Below are positions 9,203 through 17,030 of a stretch of DNA of 60,379 nt, in pieces. Made by a program: the position numbers and the translations under genes. The notes below the pieces were generated by a model. It made no database searches. It had not been told where the DNA came from and saw only the letters and a list, made by a program, of their open reading frames with translations. Each line of letters starts with the position of its first letter. Position 1 is the first letter of the stretch. The DNA is from Candidatus Nanohaloarchaea archaeon (GTDB lineage: Archaea > Nanohalarchaeota > Nanosalinia > Nanosalinales > Nanosalinaceae), in NCBI GenBank assembly GCA_042217585.1, contig JBDGSJ010000004.1, positions 1 through 60,379 of the forward strand, in the 5' to 3' direction.

Positions 9203-9982
9203 ATGAAAGGAGAAGAGGTCAAGCTTTCCTCTGTCCACACCGCCCTCGAGGGAGACTCCAGGGAACTGATAAAGGACGCGCTGGAGTACTCTGAGGACGA
9301 GCTCGCGGAAGTCGAGGCCGGGGCCGGTTTCAGCTTCTCGGACACCTACGACAGGATAGAGATAGTGGAGGAGGGGATAACGAGAGGTGACGAACAGACC
9401 GTCGACGGGACCGCGATCGCCACGGTCTACCCGGACGAGGGAGAGACCGTGCTCCTCTGCACCGGAGGTATACCGGACGCCTCCCTCGCCCACGAATCGG
9501 TCCACGGCAGGATGTACGACGAGAACGGGGAGTTCGACCTCCCGGACGAAGACGAGGTCAACAGGTCGATGTACACCGAGTTCGTCGCCTACCTGGCGGA
9601 GCACCGCGTGAACCCGGAGAAAGGACCTGTCGAGCCCGCGAAGGATAAACCGTTCGGCGAGGGACTGAAGGAGATGACAAGGATGTTCGAAAACATGAGC
9701 AAGGGCGGGGTGAAGGCGGGTTCAGTCGGCGAGGGAGAGGTCGAGCGGACCGACCCGGACGTCGACAGGATGAGAGAGGTATGGAACGTGATAGAGGCCT
9801 CGACCGCTTCTCTCGCCGCGGTCGTCTACCACGAGGAGAACGACGACTACGACATGGAGGAGCTGATCGACCCGGACCGCGAGACCTACGCCGAGGTCCT
9901 CGAATTCGTCTACGACCTCTCCGAGAGAGTGATGGAGGAGGGCGTGCCGGAGAAATACGAGGAACACGTCACCTACGCCTGA
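9203..9982 (+). CDS. hypothetical protein, putative HExxH zinc metallopeptidase
   Basis: LAHESVH followed about 20 residues later by YTEFVAYLAE (gluzincin-like third ligand); ATG at 9203. Confidence 0.6.
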   Translation: MKGEEVKLSSVHTALEGDSRELIKDALEYSEDELAEVEAGAGFSFSDTYDRIEIVEEGITRGDEQTVDGTAIATVYPDEGETVLLCTGGIPDASLAHESVHGRMYDENGEFDLPDEDEVNRSMYTEFVAYLAEHRVNPEKGPVEPAKDKPFGEGLKEMTRMFENMSKGGVKAGSVGEGEVERTDPDVDRMREVWNVIEASTASLAAVVYHEENDDYDMEELIDPDRETYAEVLEFVYDLSERVMEEGVPEKYEEHVTYA

Positions 9983-10017
9983 ACAGGTTTAAATCAACCC
10001 GAGGACGGTACTGAAAC

Positions 10018-10638
10018 ATGAGCACCGAAGAAGACGGATTCTACCCATCGACCATCGAGACCGAAAGACTGGTCCTCAGGAAGGCATCGACCACGGATTA
10101 GCCCGGGGAGGAGGTCCTCGGATTCATGCAGACAGGCGGAGTCGAGGACGCCTTCGAGACCTACCCCTACGAGATACCCGGGACAGAAGAAGAGGCCGAA
10201 GAGTTCCTCGAGAAGAGGAAATACGCCAACGAGAAAGGCGAGAACACGACCTACCTGATAGAGAAGGAGGACTCGGAACACCCGTTCCTCGGCGAGGTCG
10301 TGGTGAAGGTCCAGGAGGAAGGGGTCGCAGAACTCGGGTTCTGGCTGACATCAGAGCACTGGGGGAAGGGACTGACGCCCGAGGCCGCCGAGGCAGTCAT
10401 ACAGGTCCTTTTCGAGAGAGACTTCCGGAAGATAGAGGTCCAGACCATGGAGAGCAACAGGAAAGCCCAGAAAGCCATCGAAAAGTTCATCGGACCTCTC
10501 GGCGGAGAGAAACTCGGCAAGCGGGAGACAACACTCGGAGAAGAAGCCGAGTACACCGACAGCGACAGAGAGATAACCGTGGTGGAGTACGAGCTGGACA
10601 GAGAAGACTTCACAGACCCTGCGGAGATGAACGGATGA
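10018..10638 (+). pseudogene. RimJ/RimL-type GNAT acetyltransferase interrupted by an in-frame TAG (10099-10101); pseudogene or readthrough
   Basis: ATG 10018 gives MSTEEDGFYPSTIETERLVLRKASTTD*PGEEVLGFMQ..., in frame with ORF 10126-10638 (ELGFWL...WGKGLTPEA...SN.KAQKAIEK); IETERLVLR is the usual N-terminal motif of the family. Confidence 0.8.
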
Positions 10639-10848
10639 AGCCCCGACCGGGATTTGAACCCGGGACCTGCCCCTTTCTGTGAACCAGTTCCGTTTGTTGA
10701 AAGCCGTTCAGAGAACGGCCTGTTGCGTGTGAACTGAGCGCCGCAGTCTTCCTTCCGGAAGAACTGCTCTGAGCACGCTTTCCTTAGGAAAGGTGCGGCA
10801 ACCAGTTCGTACAAGGGGGCCGCTCTAGCCAGGCTGAGCCATCGAGGC
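10639..10848 (-). tRNA. tRNA-Thr(TGT) with a 135-nt intron at 37/38 (intron 10675-10809)
   Basis: Cloverleaf: acceptor GCCTCGA/TCGGGGC, D-arm GCTC/GAGC, anticodon stem GCCCC/GGGGC with CT-TGT-A, T-arm CCGGG TTCAAAT CCCGG. Confidence 0.92.
10682..10808. repeat. 9-bp direct repeat AACCAGTTC (10682-10690, 10800-10808) flanking a hairpin-rich insert in the tRNA-Thr intron
   Basis: Exact repeat read in the sequence; enclosed hairpins CTTTCC-TAA-GGAAAG, TCTTCC-GGAA-GGAAGA and GCCGTTC-TCT-GAACGGC (minus strand). Confidence 0.75.
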
Positions 10849-10942
10849 CTGTCCTGAAGATTGTAACTCAGTTTTATTAAACCAGAACCAGGACCTCTGT
10901 TGCCATCGAGAGATGACAAAATAACTTAAGGCTTGGGTCCGT

Positions 10943-11785
10943 ATGGGTTTCCAGAGGTGTCAAAACTTGGCTGATACTACTGCGCGAAACATCGCGTACG
11001 ACAGGCTCGGCATGTTCGACGACGCCGAGGGAGGAAACGTCTACCGCAGGCTCCAGAGGTCCCTGAAACACGACCTGAGTTCTGTTAAGATGGACCTGGA
11101 GTTCGGGGGTCCGCGGTTCGAGGACCTGGACGGGAAGGACGAGTACGAACGTGCGGAGTTCTTCGAGGAGAGGGGACGTGAATCCGCGAGGGATTCCTAC
11201 CTGTCCGTCCCGAGGGATGGTTTCCTGGAGGAGATGAAGGACCGTATAGATGTCATCCGCGGGAAGAAGGAGCCGAAGAGGAAAAGGCTCGACGACGGGG
11301 AGAAGGACGCATTCCCTCTCTCGCCCGGCGGCCTCTACATGGGCGCCGAGATCGCCTCGGACCGGTACAGCACCAGCGGTGACGCGAGCTCCTTCATCGG
11401 CGGATTCATCAACGGCAGTATCCAGCACTCCAGTCGGATGGTGGACACCGAGGAAGAATTCGACACTTACGTCCTCCCGGGCAACGACTGGAAGATGATA
11501 GGCAGGGACCTCTCCACAGACATCATAGTCGACGGCGACGCCGGGAAGTACGCCGGCTCCGGCCTGGAAAACGACGGCCGGGTCCTTGTCAACGGAAAGG
11601 TCGAGAAGCCGGCGGTGGACTCGGACGGGACCGTCTACGCCGTCAGGGTCGAGGAGTTCGATCCCGGCGAGGTCGGCGACGGAGCCGTCTACGAATGGGA
11701 CGGGGGACGTTTCCGGAAGGACCGGGTCTACGGCAACTTCATCGATGGAGAGATGGACCGCGAGAACTGGAGGAGACTGGACTAG
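10943..11785 (+). CDS. hypothetical protein with C-terminal GXGXG/FwdC-like beta-helix turns (start uncertain)
   Basis: IIVDGDAGKYAGSGLENDGRVLVNGKV resembles FwdC/GltB beta-helix repeats. Confidence 0.65.
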   Translation: MGFQRCQNLADTTARNIAYDRLGMFDDAEGGNVYRRLQRSLKHDLSSVKMDLEFGGPRFEDLDGKDEYERAEFFEERGRESARDSYLSVPRDGFLEEMKDRIDVIRGKKEPKRKRLDDGEKDAFPLSPGGLYMGAEIASDRYSTSGDASSFIGGFINGSIQHSSRMVDTEEEFDTYVLPGNDWKMIGRDLSTDIIVDGDAGKYAGSGLENDGRVLVNGKVEKPAVDSDGTVYAVRVEEFDPGEVGDGAVYEWDGGRFRKDRVYGNFIDGEMDRENWRRLD

Positions 11786-11821
11786 GAAACCGTTTTCAAT
11801 TTTCTCTCCCCATCTCTTTCC

Positions 11822-12781
11822 GTGGACTGGGAATACCCGATAACCTCGGACCTCTCCGATGTAGAGGAGAAGGATATCGAAGGCGAGAGGGTCGCGGTCG
11901 GTTTCCGGCCCTCGGGAGAGCTTCACGTCGGCAACCTTCTCACTGTAACCTACGCCGCCGTGATAGCCGATGAACTGGACCTGGATCTGGACCTGATGTG
12001 CTGTGACACTGACTGGTCCGCGCATATACACGAGAACCACAGGCCGGAGAACAGCCAGGTCATGAAGCTTTTCTTCGAGAGGGACTGTCCCTGCGGCGGT
12101 CATGGAAACGTGGCCGAGCACCGGATGGACGAGATCGCGCCGTTCCTCGACGCGCTCGAGGAGGAGCTGGATATAGAGATCGAGAGGAACTACCTTTCGA
12201 AGTACCGGGACGGGGAGTACCTCGACGCGCTCAGGGAGATACTGGGGAACATGGAGGAGTTCGACCGTATCTTCGGCGGAGGCTTCAGGCGGAGGTACAG
12301 GAGCCCGGTGGTGAACGTCTGCTCCTGCGGGTTCTCACACGCCAAGGGCGCCGCCTACTCGGAGAGGACCGACGAACTGGTGTTCGCCTGCAGGAACGGC
12401 GAGTGCGGAGAAGGTTTCGCGGCCTCGGAGCTCTCGGGAGATATAGGCGTGTACTACCTCGTTGACCCGGTCCGTGACCCTTCGAGGGACGTCGCGGTCC
12501 ACGTGTTCGGCGGGGATTACCGTGACGCGGAGAAGGAGCAGAAGACCCCGAAGATAGCGAAGGTGGCCCGTATAACCGAGCTGGCGACCGGGGAGACACC
12601 TGATTACTTCCTGACCCCCATGATAGCTGATGAGGAAGGGAAGCCACTGAGCAAGTCGAAGGGGACCGGTGCGACCGTTTCGGACATCAGGGACCTGGAG
12701 GAGAAAGCCGTGGATATGGCGGGGAGCGTCAGGTCGATGCTGGAGGAGGACCGGAGATACGTTTCCGAGGAGGATCTCTAG
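11822..12781 (+). CDS. class I lysyl-tRNA synthetase-like protein, catalytic domain only (no anticodon-binding domain)
   Basis: GFRPSGELHVGN (HIGH), CPCGGH..VAEH, CSCG and CRNGECG Zn-knuckles, GGDY, GKPLSKSKG (KMSKS); the protein ends about 40 aa after KMSKS. Confidence 0.8.
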   Translation: MDWEYPITSDLSDVEEKDIEGERVAVGFRPSGELHVGNLLTVTYAAVIADELDLDLDLMCCDTDWSAHIHENHRPENSQVMKLFFERDCPCGGHGNVAEHRMDEIAPFLDALEEELDIEIERNYLSKYRDGEYLDALREILGNMEEFDRIFGGGFRRRYRSPVVNVCSCGFSHAKGAAYSERTDELVFACRNGECGEGFAASELSGDIGVYYLVDPVRDPSRDVAVHVFGGDYRDAEKEQKTPKIAKVARITELATGETPDYFLTPMIADEEGKPLSKSKGTGATVSDIRDLEEKAVDMAGSVRSMLEEDRRYVSEEDL

Positions 12782-13086
12782 ATCTCGTCGGGGTCCACGT
12801 CTTCCGGCGTGTCGCCCCTGTTCTTGAACTTCTTCTCCTCCTTGTCCTTTATCCTGTAGACGTTGGTCGATCTTCCGCATTCAGGGCATTCTATCCACCA
12901 GGGTCTCTGCCCGAGTTCGTCTTCTCCCTCGAACTCGTGCTGGCAGTAAGGGCACTTCAGCTCGTAGAAAAAGGTCTCGTTGTCGTAGGAGAACATCTTC
13001 ACTCTTCCGGTTTTCTCGCCTTCATCGTTCTCCACTTCCCGGTTGGTCGCGTACTCTACCCGGTCAAAATCGATGTCCTTGTCCAT
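12778..13086 (-). CDS. zinc-ribbon protein
   Basis: CPYC...CPECG motifs. Confidence 0.75.
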   Translation of the reverse strand: MDKDIDFDRVEYATNREVENDEGEKTGRVKMFSYDNETFFYELKCPYCQHEFEGEDELGQRPWWIECPECGRSTNVYRIKDKEEKKFKNRGDTPEDVDPDEI

Positions 13087-13125
13087 ACTACCACTTTTTT
13101 GTCACGGCCAGTTTTAAGTTTACCA

Positions 13126-13605
13126 TCATTCCTGGAGGAAACCGTAGACCTTCTCCAGGTCTCTCTCCTCAACGTCCACGTCGACAGTCTCCATCCCGTC
13201 CCTCTCGTCCAGGCTCTTCTCTATCCCGAGGGAATCCCGGGGTTCGTCGAACTTCAGGTGCTTTATATCCGGGTTGAAACGTTTCAGGAGTTTCAGGTCC
13301 CATTCCCGGTCCGTGTTCAGGACCCTCAGATCGTAGCCGTTTATCGTCGCGAGCAACGCTCTGGCGACGTCCTCCCGGCTCTCCAGCCTGGCGTAGACGG
13401 GTTCCTGGACAGGTCTTCCCTTCAGGCCCTCGGTCCTCTCATTCTCGATCTCGTAGTATTCGACTCCTGGAACCCTGTCGAAGATCGAAGGATCCTCAGT
13501 CTCGACCACCAGGACCTCTCCCTCCCTCTCCACGGATTCAACCCTTTTCTCCAGGTTCTCCTCCAGTATATCGACGGACCCGGCGGGTTTGACCCTGACC
13601 TCCAT
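13126..13605 (-). CDS. hypothetical protein
   Basis: 159-aa acidic ORF with ATG and an AT-rich upstream region. Confidence 0.75.
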   Translation of the reverse strand: MEVRVKPAGSVDILEENLEKRVESVEREGEVLVVETEDPSIFDRVPGVEYYEIENERTEGLKGRPVQEPVYARLESREDVARALLATINGYDLRVLNTDREWDLKLLKRFNPDIKHLKFDEPRDSLGIEKSLDERDGMETVDVDVEERDLEKVYGFLQE

Positions 13606-13659
13606 GACTCCAGTTTCCGCTCCAAAGCTTTTATTTCAGTGCCAGGAAAAACCTACCGT

Positions 13660-13920
13660 ATGGGGCTTTTTGATGTAGACAGAGGTGATGATAGCGGTGA
13701 GGAAGAGGAGGTCCTGATCAATCCACCGGAGGAAGAAGAGGTCACGGCGGACCAGGGAGATGACAGCGAGGTACAGCTACCCGGCGCCTCCGATGACCCG
13801 GGTAACGAAAAGGATGGAGTGACAAAAAAAGATATACACGACCAGAACAAGAGGATAATAGGGCTCCTGAAGGATATAAAGCAGGAACTCCGAGGTGAAC
13901 CAGAGAATGAACTACTATGA
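13660..13920 (+). CDS. acidic disordered protein with a C-terminal amphipathic helix
   Basis: MGLFDVDRGDD...IHDQNKRIIGLLKDIKQEL; ATG at 13660. Confidence 0.7.
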   Translation: MGLFDVDRGDDSGEEEEVLINPPEEEEVTADQGDDSEVQLPGASDDPGNEKDGVTKKDIHDQNKRIIGLLKDIKQELRGEPENELL

Positions 13921-14392
13921 CAACGTGAAGGATTCGGTCCGTGAGGAATCGAAAGACGGGTCCAGCGGCGACGGAGACGGTAAAGGCAACTTCGACAGCC
14001 TGATGGAAGCCGCGAAGGAAAACGACGTGGAGGAAGAAGAGCCTGAAGACGATACACCGATAGAGGTCCTTGACGAGGGTCTCTCAAGGGAGAGACAGGG
14101 AGAAACGAGCCGGGCCAACGAGAGAGATAGCGGGGCCGGACAGCCAAGAAGCCAGCAGAGATCTGGAGAGAAAAAACCTGGCCGGGAGAGAGAAAGAGAG
14201 ATCTCGCAGGATGGAGGCGGGAATAGATCCCGGAGTCCCCGGGAGGCGGAGAACTCCAATCAGTACGACAGGCCGAAGAAGCGGGAAGAAAAATCCTCCG
14301 AGACAGGCGACGGTGAGATAGCGGATAAACTGGACCGGATAATCGAGCAGAATGAAAGGATGATAGAGATACTGGAGAGTTTCGGTAGCTAG
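13907..14392 (+). CDS. low-complexity charged protein with a C-terminal amphipathic helix
   Basis: GAGGTGA SD before ATG 13907; ends KLDRIIEQNERMIEILESF. Confidence 0.7.
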   Translation: MNYYDNVKDSVREESKDGSSGDGDGKGNFDSLMEAAKENDVEEEEPEDDTPIEVLDEGLSRERQGETSRANERDSGAGQPRSQQRSGEKKPGREREREISQDGGGNRSRSPREAENSNQYDRPKKREEKSSETGDGEIADKLDRIIEQNERMIEILESFGS

Positions 14393-14667
14393 ACTATCTC
14401 TACCTCTATCTTCTTCCGCCCCGTTTCCTCGTCAATGTCCTTCTCTTCCACCAGAGTGGCTTCGATCTCGAGCTTCCTGTATCCGTCCTCGTCCTCGAAG
14501 TCCATCTCGAGGTTGTTCTCCGTGTTCGGGGCTATCCTCACCTCTTCCCTTCCCTTGAAGCTGAGTCCGACCTCGCCCTCGCGGACCTTTTCCGCGAAGT
14601 TCTCGAAGAAGTTTGCCATCTCCTCGTTTGAGAACTCAAACTCAAGATCGAGTTCCTCGGTTGACAT
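14389..14667 (-). CDS. amphi-Trp domain-like protein
   Basis: EEMANFFENFAEKVREGEV.L....V.I.P.....LE.DFE......LEIE pattern. Confidence 0.65.
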   Translation of the reverse strand: MSTEELDLEFEFSNEEMANFFENFAEKVREGEVGLSFKGREEVRIAPNTENNLEMDFEDEDGYRKLEIEATLVEEKDIDEETGRKKIEVEIV

Positions 14668-14717
14668 ATTAACAGTATAAAGAATAAAAAGTTATATTAG
14701 TACCCTCTCCGGGCACT

Positions 14718-15014
14718 TCACTCTTCCTCAGGCTCTTCCCCGGTTTCCTGCATCAGTCTCTCCGCCAGGTAGTTGTCCACTCCTTCGAGTTCATGGACTG
14801 ACTCCACGGCGAAGAGGAAACCGACGTTCACCATCAGCACTCCGAGGTATGCGGGTGCGGCCTGTCGGGTTGAGAACTGTGAGATAACTGTGAATACCAT
14901 TATAGTTCCCAGCACCGTCAGGAAGAACGCGATCCCGATCTCGGAACCTACAGACAGTTTCGGTAGACCGAAAACGTCCTTCGGCTGGTCCTCGTAATCA
15001 GGTATAATACCCAT
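14718..15014 (-). CDS. small 2-TM membrane protein
   Basis: Two hydrophobic helices; GAGGTG SD upstream of ATG 15014; co-oriented with oapABC. Confidence 0.7.
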   Translation of the reverse strand: MGIIPDYEDQPKDVFGLPKLSVGSEIGIAFFLTVLGTIMVFTVISQFSTRQAAPAYLGVLMVNVGFLFAVESVHELEGVDNYLAERLMQETGEEPEEE

Positions 15015-15066
15015 GTTAGACACCTCTTGGTAAAGAAAGGTGTCCTCTTATTTATAACATCTTTCC

Positions 15067-15450
15067 TCATAGGTCCTCTACGCTGAAATCCTGCTTGTCC
15101 GGTGTAAACGCAGAGGGCAGATGGATATGGTACACACCTTCCTTCTTCTCGATGACGAGCGGGACCTCCTTCAGCAACCTTGAGACGTTGATATTGTAAA
15201 CACCCTCGCTTTCGACGCTTATGGAGTCGAGGTCGAACTCTATCTTTATACCCTGTCTCTCCTCCTCGCCCTCGAACATCATCTCCTCGATGTCCGATTC
15301 GACCTGCGCCTTCTCCTCCTGGAGTTCCTCCTTCGACTTCTCCTCGCCTTTCTCATACATGAAGAGCGATGAACCGCATTCACATCCATCGATAAGCTCT
15401 TCTGAGTCGTCCTCGTAGGTCCTACCACAGTTCATGCATCTGTGAGGCAT
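15067..15450 (-). CDS. oapC: OapC/ArvC family Zn-ribbon protein (DUF2072)
   Basis: MPHRCMNCG...IDGCECGSSLFMY...GVYNINV..L.....LVI...EGVYHIHL; conserved gene order. Confidence 0.88.
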   Translation of the reverse strand: MPHRCMNCGRTYEDDSEELIDGCECGSSLFMYEKGEEKSKEELQEEKAQVESDIEEMMFEGEEERQGIKIEFDLDSISVESEGVYNINVSRLLKEVPLVIEKKEGVYHIHLPSAFTPDKQDFSVEDL

Positions 15451-15451
15451 C

Positions 15452-15835
15452 TCATTCCTCCTCCAAGGTAGCAAGGAAAGAAACCGTGTCCCTCTCTTCC
15501 CTGATTTTCTCCATCACGCGGGAGTTACCGACTATCGTTATACCTCTGCGGTGCTCCTCGTTCAGCACCCTCTCGTAGAAGAAATCCCTCACCCTGTCGA
15601 GACGGGAACTTCCCGAATCAAGTCCCAGGAACTCTATACCAGGGAAGTCGTCATCTATCTCGTCCATGGACTTCCTTATCAGCTGTCGTTTCTCCTCAGG
15701 CGTCCATCCCTCTTCAAGAACCAGTACAGCGTTCTCCCTGACACGGTCGAGGACCATATCCAGCTTGTCCTCGAACCCCTCCTCGGAGAGACGGTCCTTG
15801 GAGAAAAACTCTATAGTCACACCGTCCTCGCTCAT
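15452..15835 (-). CDS. oapB: OapB/ArvB family protein (DUF2073)
   Basis: KL..VLD.VR...VLVLEEGWTPEE..LI..SM.EID.DFPGIE...GITIVG. Confidence 0.88.
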   Translation of the reverse strand: MSEDGVTIEFFSKDRLSEEGFEDKLDMVLDRVRENAVLVLEEGWTPEEKRQLIRKSMDEIDDDFPGIEFLGLDSGSSRLDRVRDFFYERVLNEEHRRGITIVGNSRVMEKIREERDTVSFLATLEEE

Positions 15836-16461
15836 CAACCTAACCTTTCGACTATTTCCTCATAAAGTTTGTCTACGTTATCCCCTTCCTTCGCTGAAAT
15901 CTCTATCACTGGATGCTGAGGGAAAGCATCCCGGACCCTCGCAGGATCCGCGTCCTCCAGATCGATCTTGTTCGCAAGAATAAGTATCGGTATGTCCTTT
16001 GCCTCCAGGTTCCCGATTATGGTCACGTTCACCTGGGTGTAAGGATCCTCAGTGGCGTCAAATATCACGAGGCAGGCGTCGACATCATCGAGGTACTTTA
16101 TCGCCTCGACTATACCCTTGGTCGCCTCCTTCGCACGGTCCTTTGCCTCGTCCTCCTCGATCCCGTGTTCGGTGAAGTCCTTGAAATCGACGTTCGTTGA
16201 GATGCCGGGCATGTCAAGCAAGTTCATCTCTATAGAACGACCATCCGACTCCAGAGCAACCTTTTCCTTCTTCTCGACAGCCCTGGTCTCGTGGGGGACC
16301 TCAGAAACATCGCTCATGTCTTCTCCGGTCAAGTCCTTCGATATCCGGTTCGCAAGAGTGGACTTGCCGGCATTCGGAGGACCGTAGATCCCTATCCCGA
16401 TGTCATCTTTTCCTGAGCTGCTGAAGAGGTCGGATATCAGCTTCTTGAGCCGGTTAATCAC
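15835..16461 (-). CDS. oapA: Era-like GTPase OapA
   Basis: IGIYGPPNAGKSTLANRI, VPHETR, D.PG, EATKGIVEAIK, DPYTQVN, NKID, ISA. Confidence 0.92.
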   Translation of the reverse strand: MINRLKKLISDLFSSSGKDDIGIGIYGPPNAGKSTLANRISKDLTGEDMSDVSEVPHETRAVEKKEKVALESDGRSIEMNLLDMPGISTNVDFKDFTEHGIEEDEAKDRAKEATKGIVEAIKYLDDVDACLVIFDATEDPYTQVNVTIIGNLEAKDIPILILANKIDLEDADPARVRDAFPQHPVIEISAKEGDNVDKLYEEIVERLG

Positions 16462-16554
16462 TTTTTGACACCAGACAATAATAAAAAGAGGACTTATCTA
16501 TAAAAACTATTTCCCTCGATGAGGTTATTATATATCAAGCACAGGTCTAATTAC

Positions 16555-16986
16555 ATGAGAACTGAAAAAGGCGTGATACTGGCGGTCTGGAAGAACTCCA
16601 ACCGGAACCCGAGGTTCCTGGTGCTCAAGAGGAAGAAGAACTGGGAGGGCTGGGAACTTGTCAAGGGCCACCTCGAGGGAGAAGAGGAAGAGACCGCGAT
16701 GACAGAACTTGAGGAAGAGGCAGGTATCGGAGAAGACCAGGTAGAGGAACTGAAGGACCTTGATAGTACCGTCGAATGGAGCTTTGAGGACGACGGCGAG
16801 AAGGTGAAGAGGGAGTACCGCGCCTTCATGGCAAGGGTGGAGGAGGACGCGGTCCCGGACGTCGACGGCAACCCCCACGACGAGCACGAGAAAGCGCTCT
16901 TCCTGAGCTACGAGGACGCGAGCGCACTTCTGACCTACGAGGACCAGGACGAGATACTGGAGGAGGTCCGGGAGAGGATCGACTGA
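16555..16986 (+). CDS. NUDIX hydrolase (Ap4A hydrolase-like)
   Basis: WELVKGHLE..EEETAMTELEEEAGI Nudix box. Confidence 0.88.
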   Translation: MRTEKGVILAVWKNSNRNPRFLVLKRKKNWEGWELVKGHLEGEEEETAMTELEEEAGIGEDQVEELKDLDSTVEWSFEDDGEKVKREYRAFMARVEEDAVPDVDGNPHDEHEKALFLSYEDASALLTYEDQDEILEEVRERID

Positions 16987-17030
16987 AACAGTAATAAGTG
17001 ACGGAAAAGAACTTCTTGATGTGATAACCT

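Noticed and set aside
11783..11824. The TAG of ORF 10943-11785 is in frame with the LysRS-like gene, suggesting a readthrough fusion
   Set aside because: The 36-bp spacer is pyrimidine/AT-rich like a terminator or promoter, being in frame has a 1-in-3 chance, and TAG is a common true stop in this window.
16462..16554. Replication origin beside oapA
   Set aside because: The gap is short, with no ORB-like G-string repeats and no cdc6; it reads as an ordinary divergent promoter.
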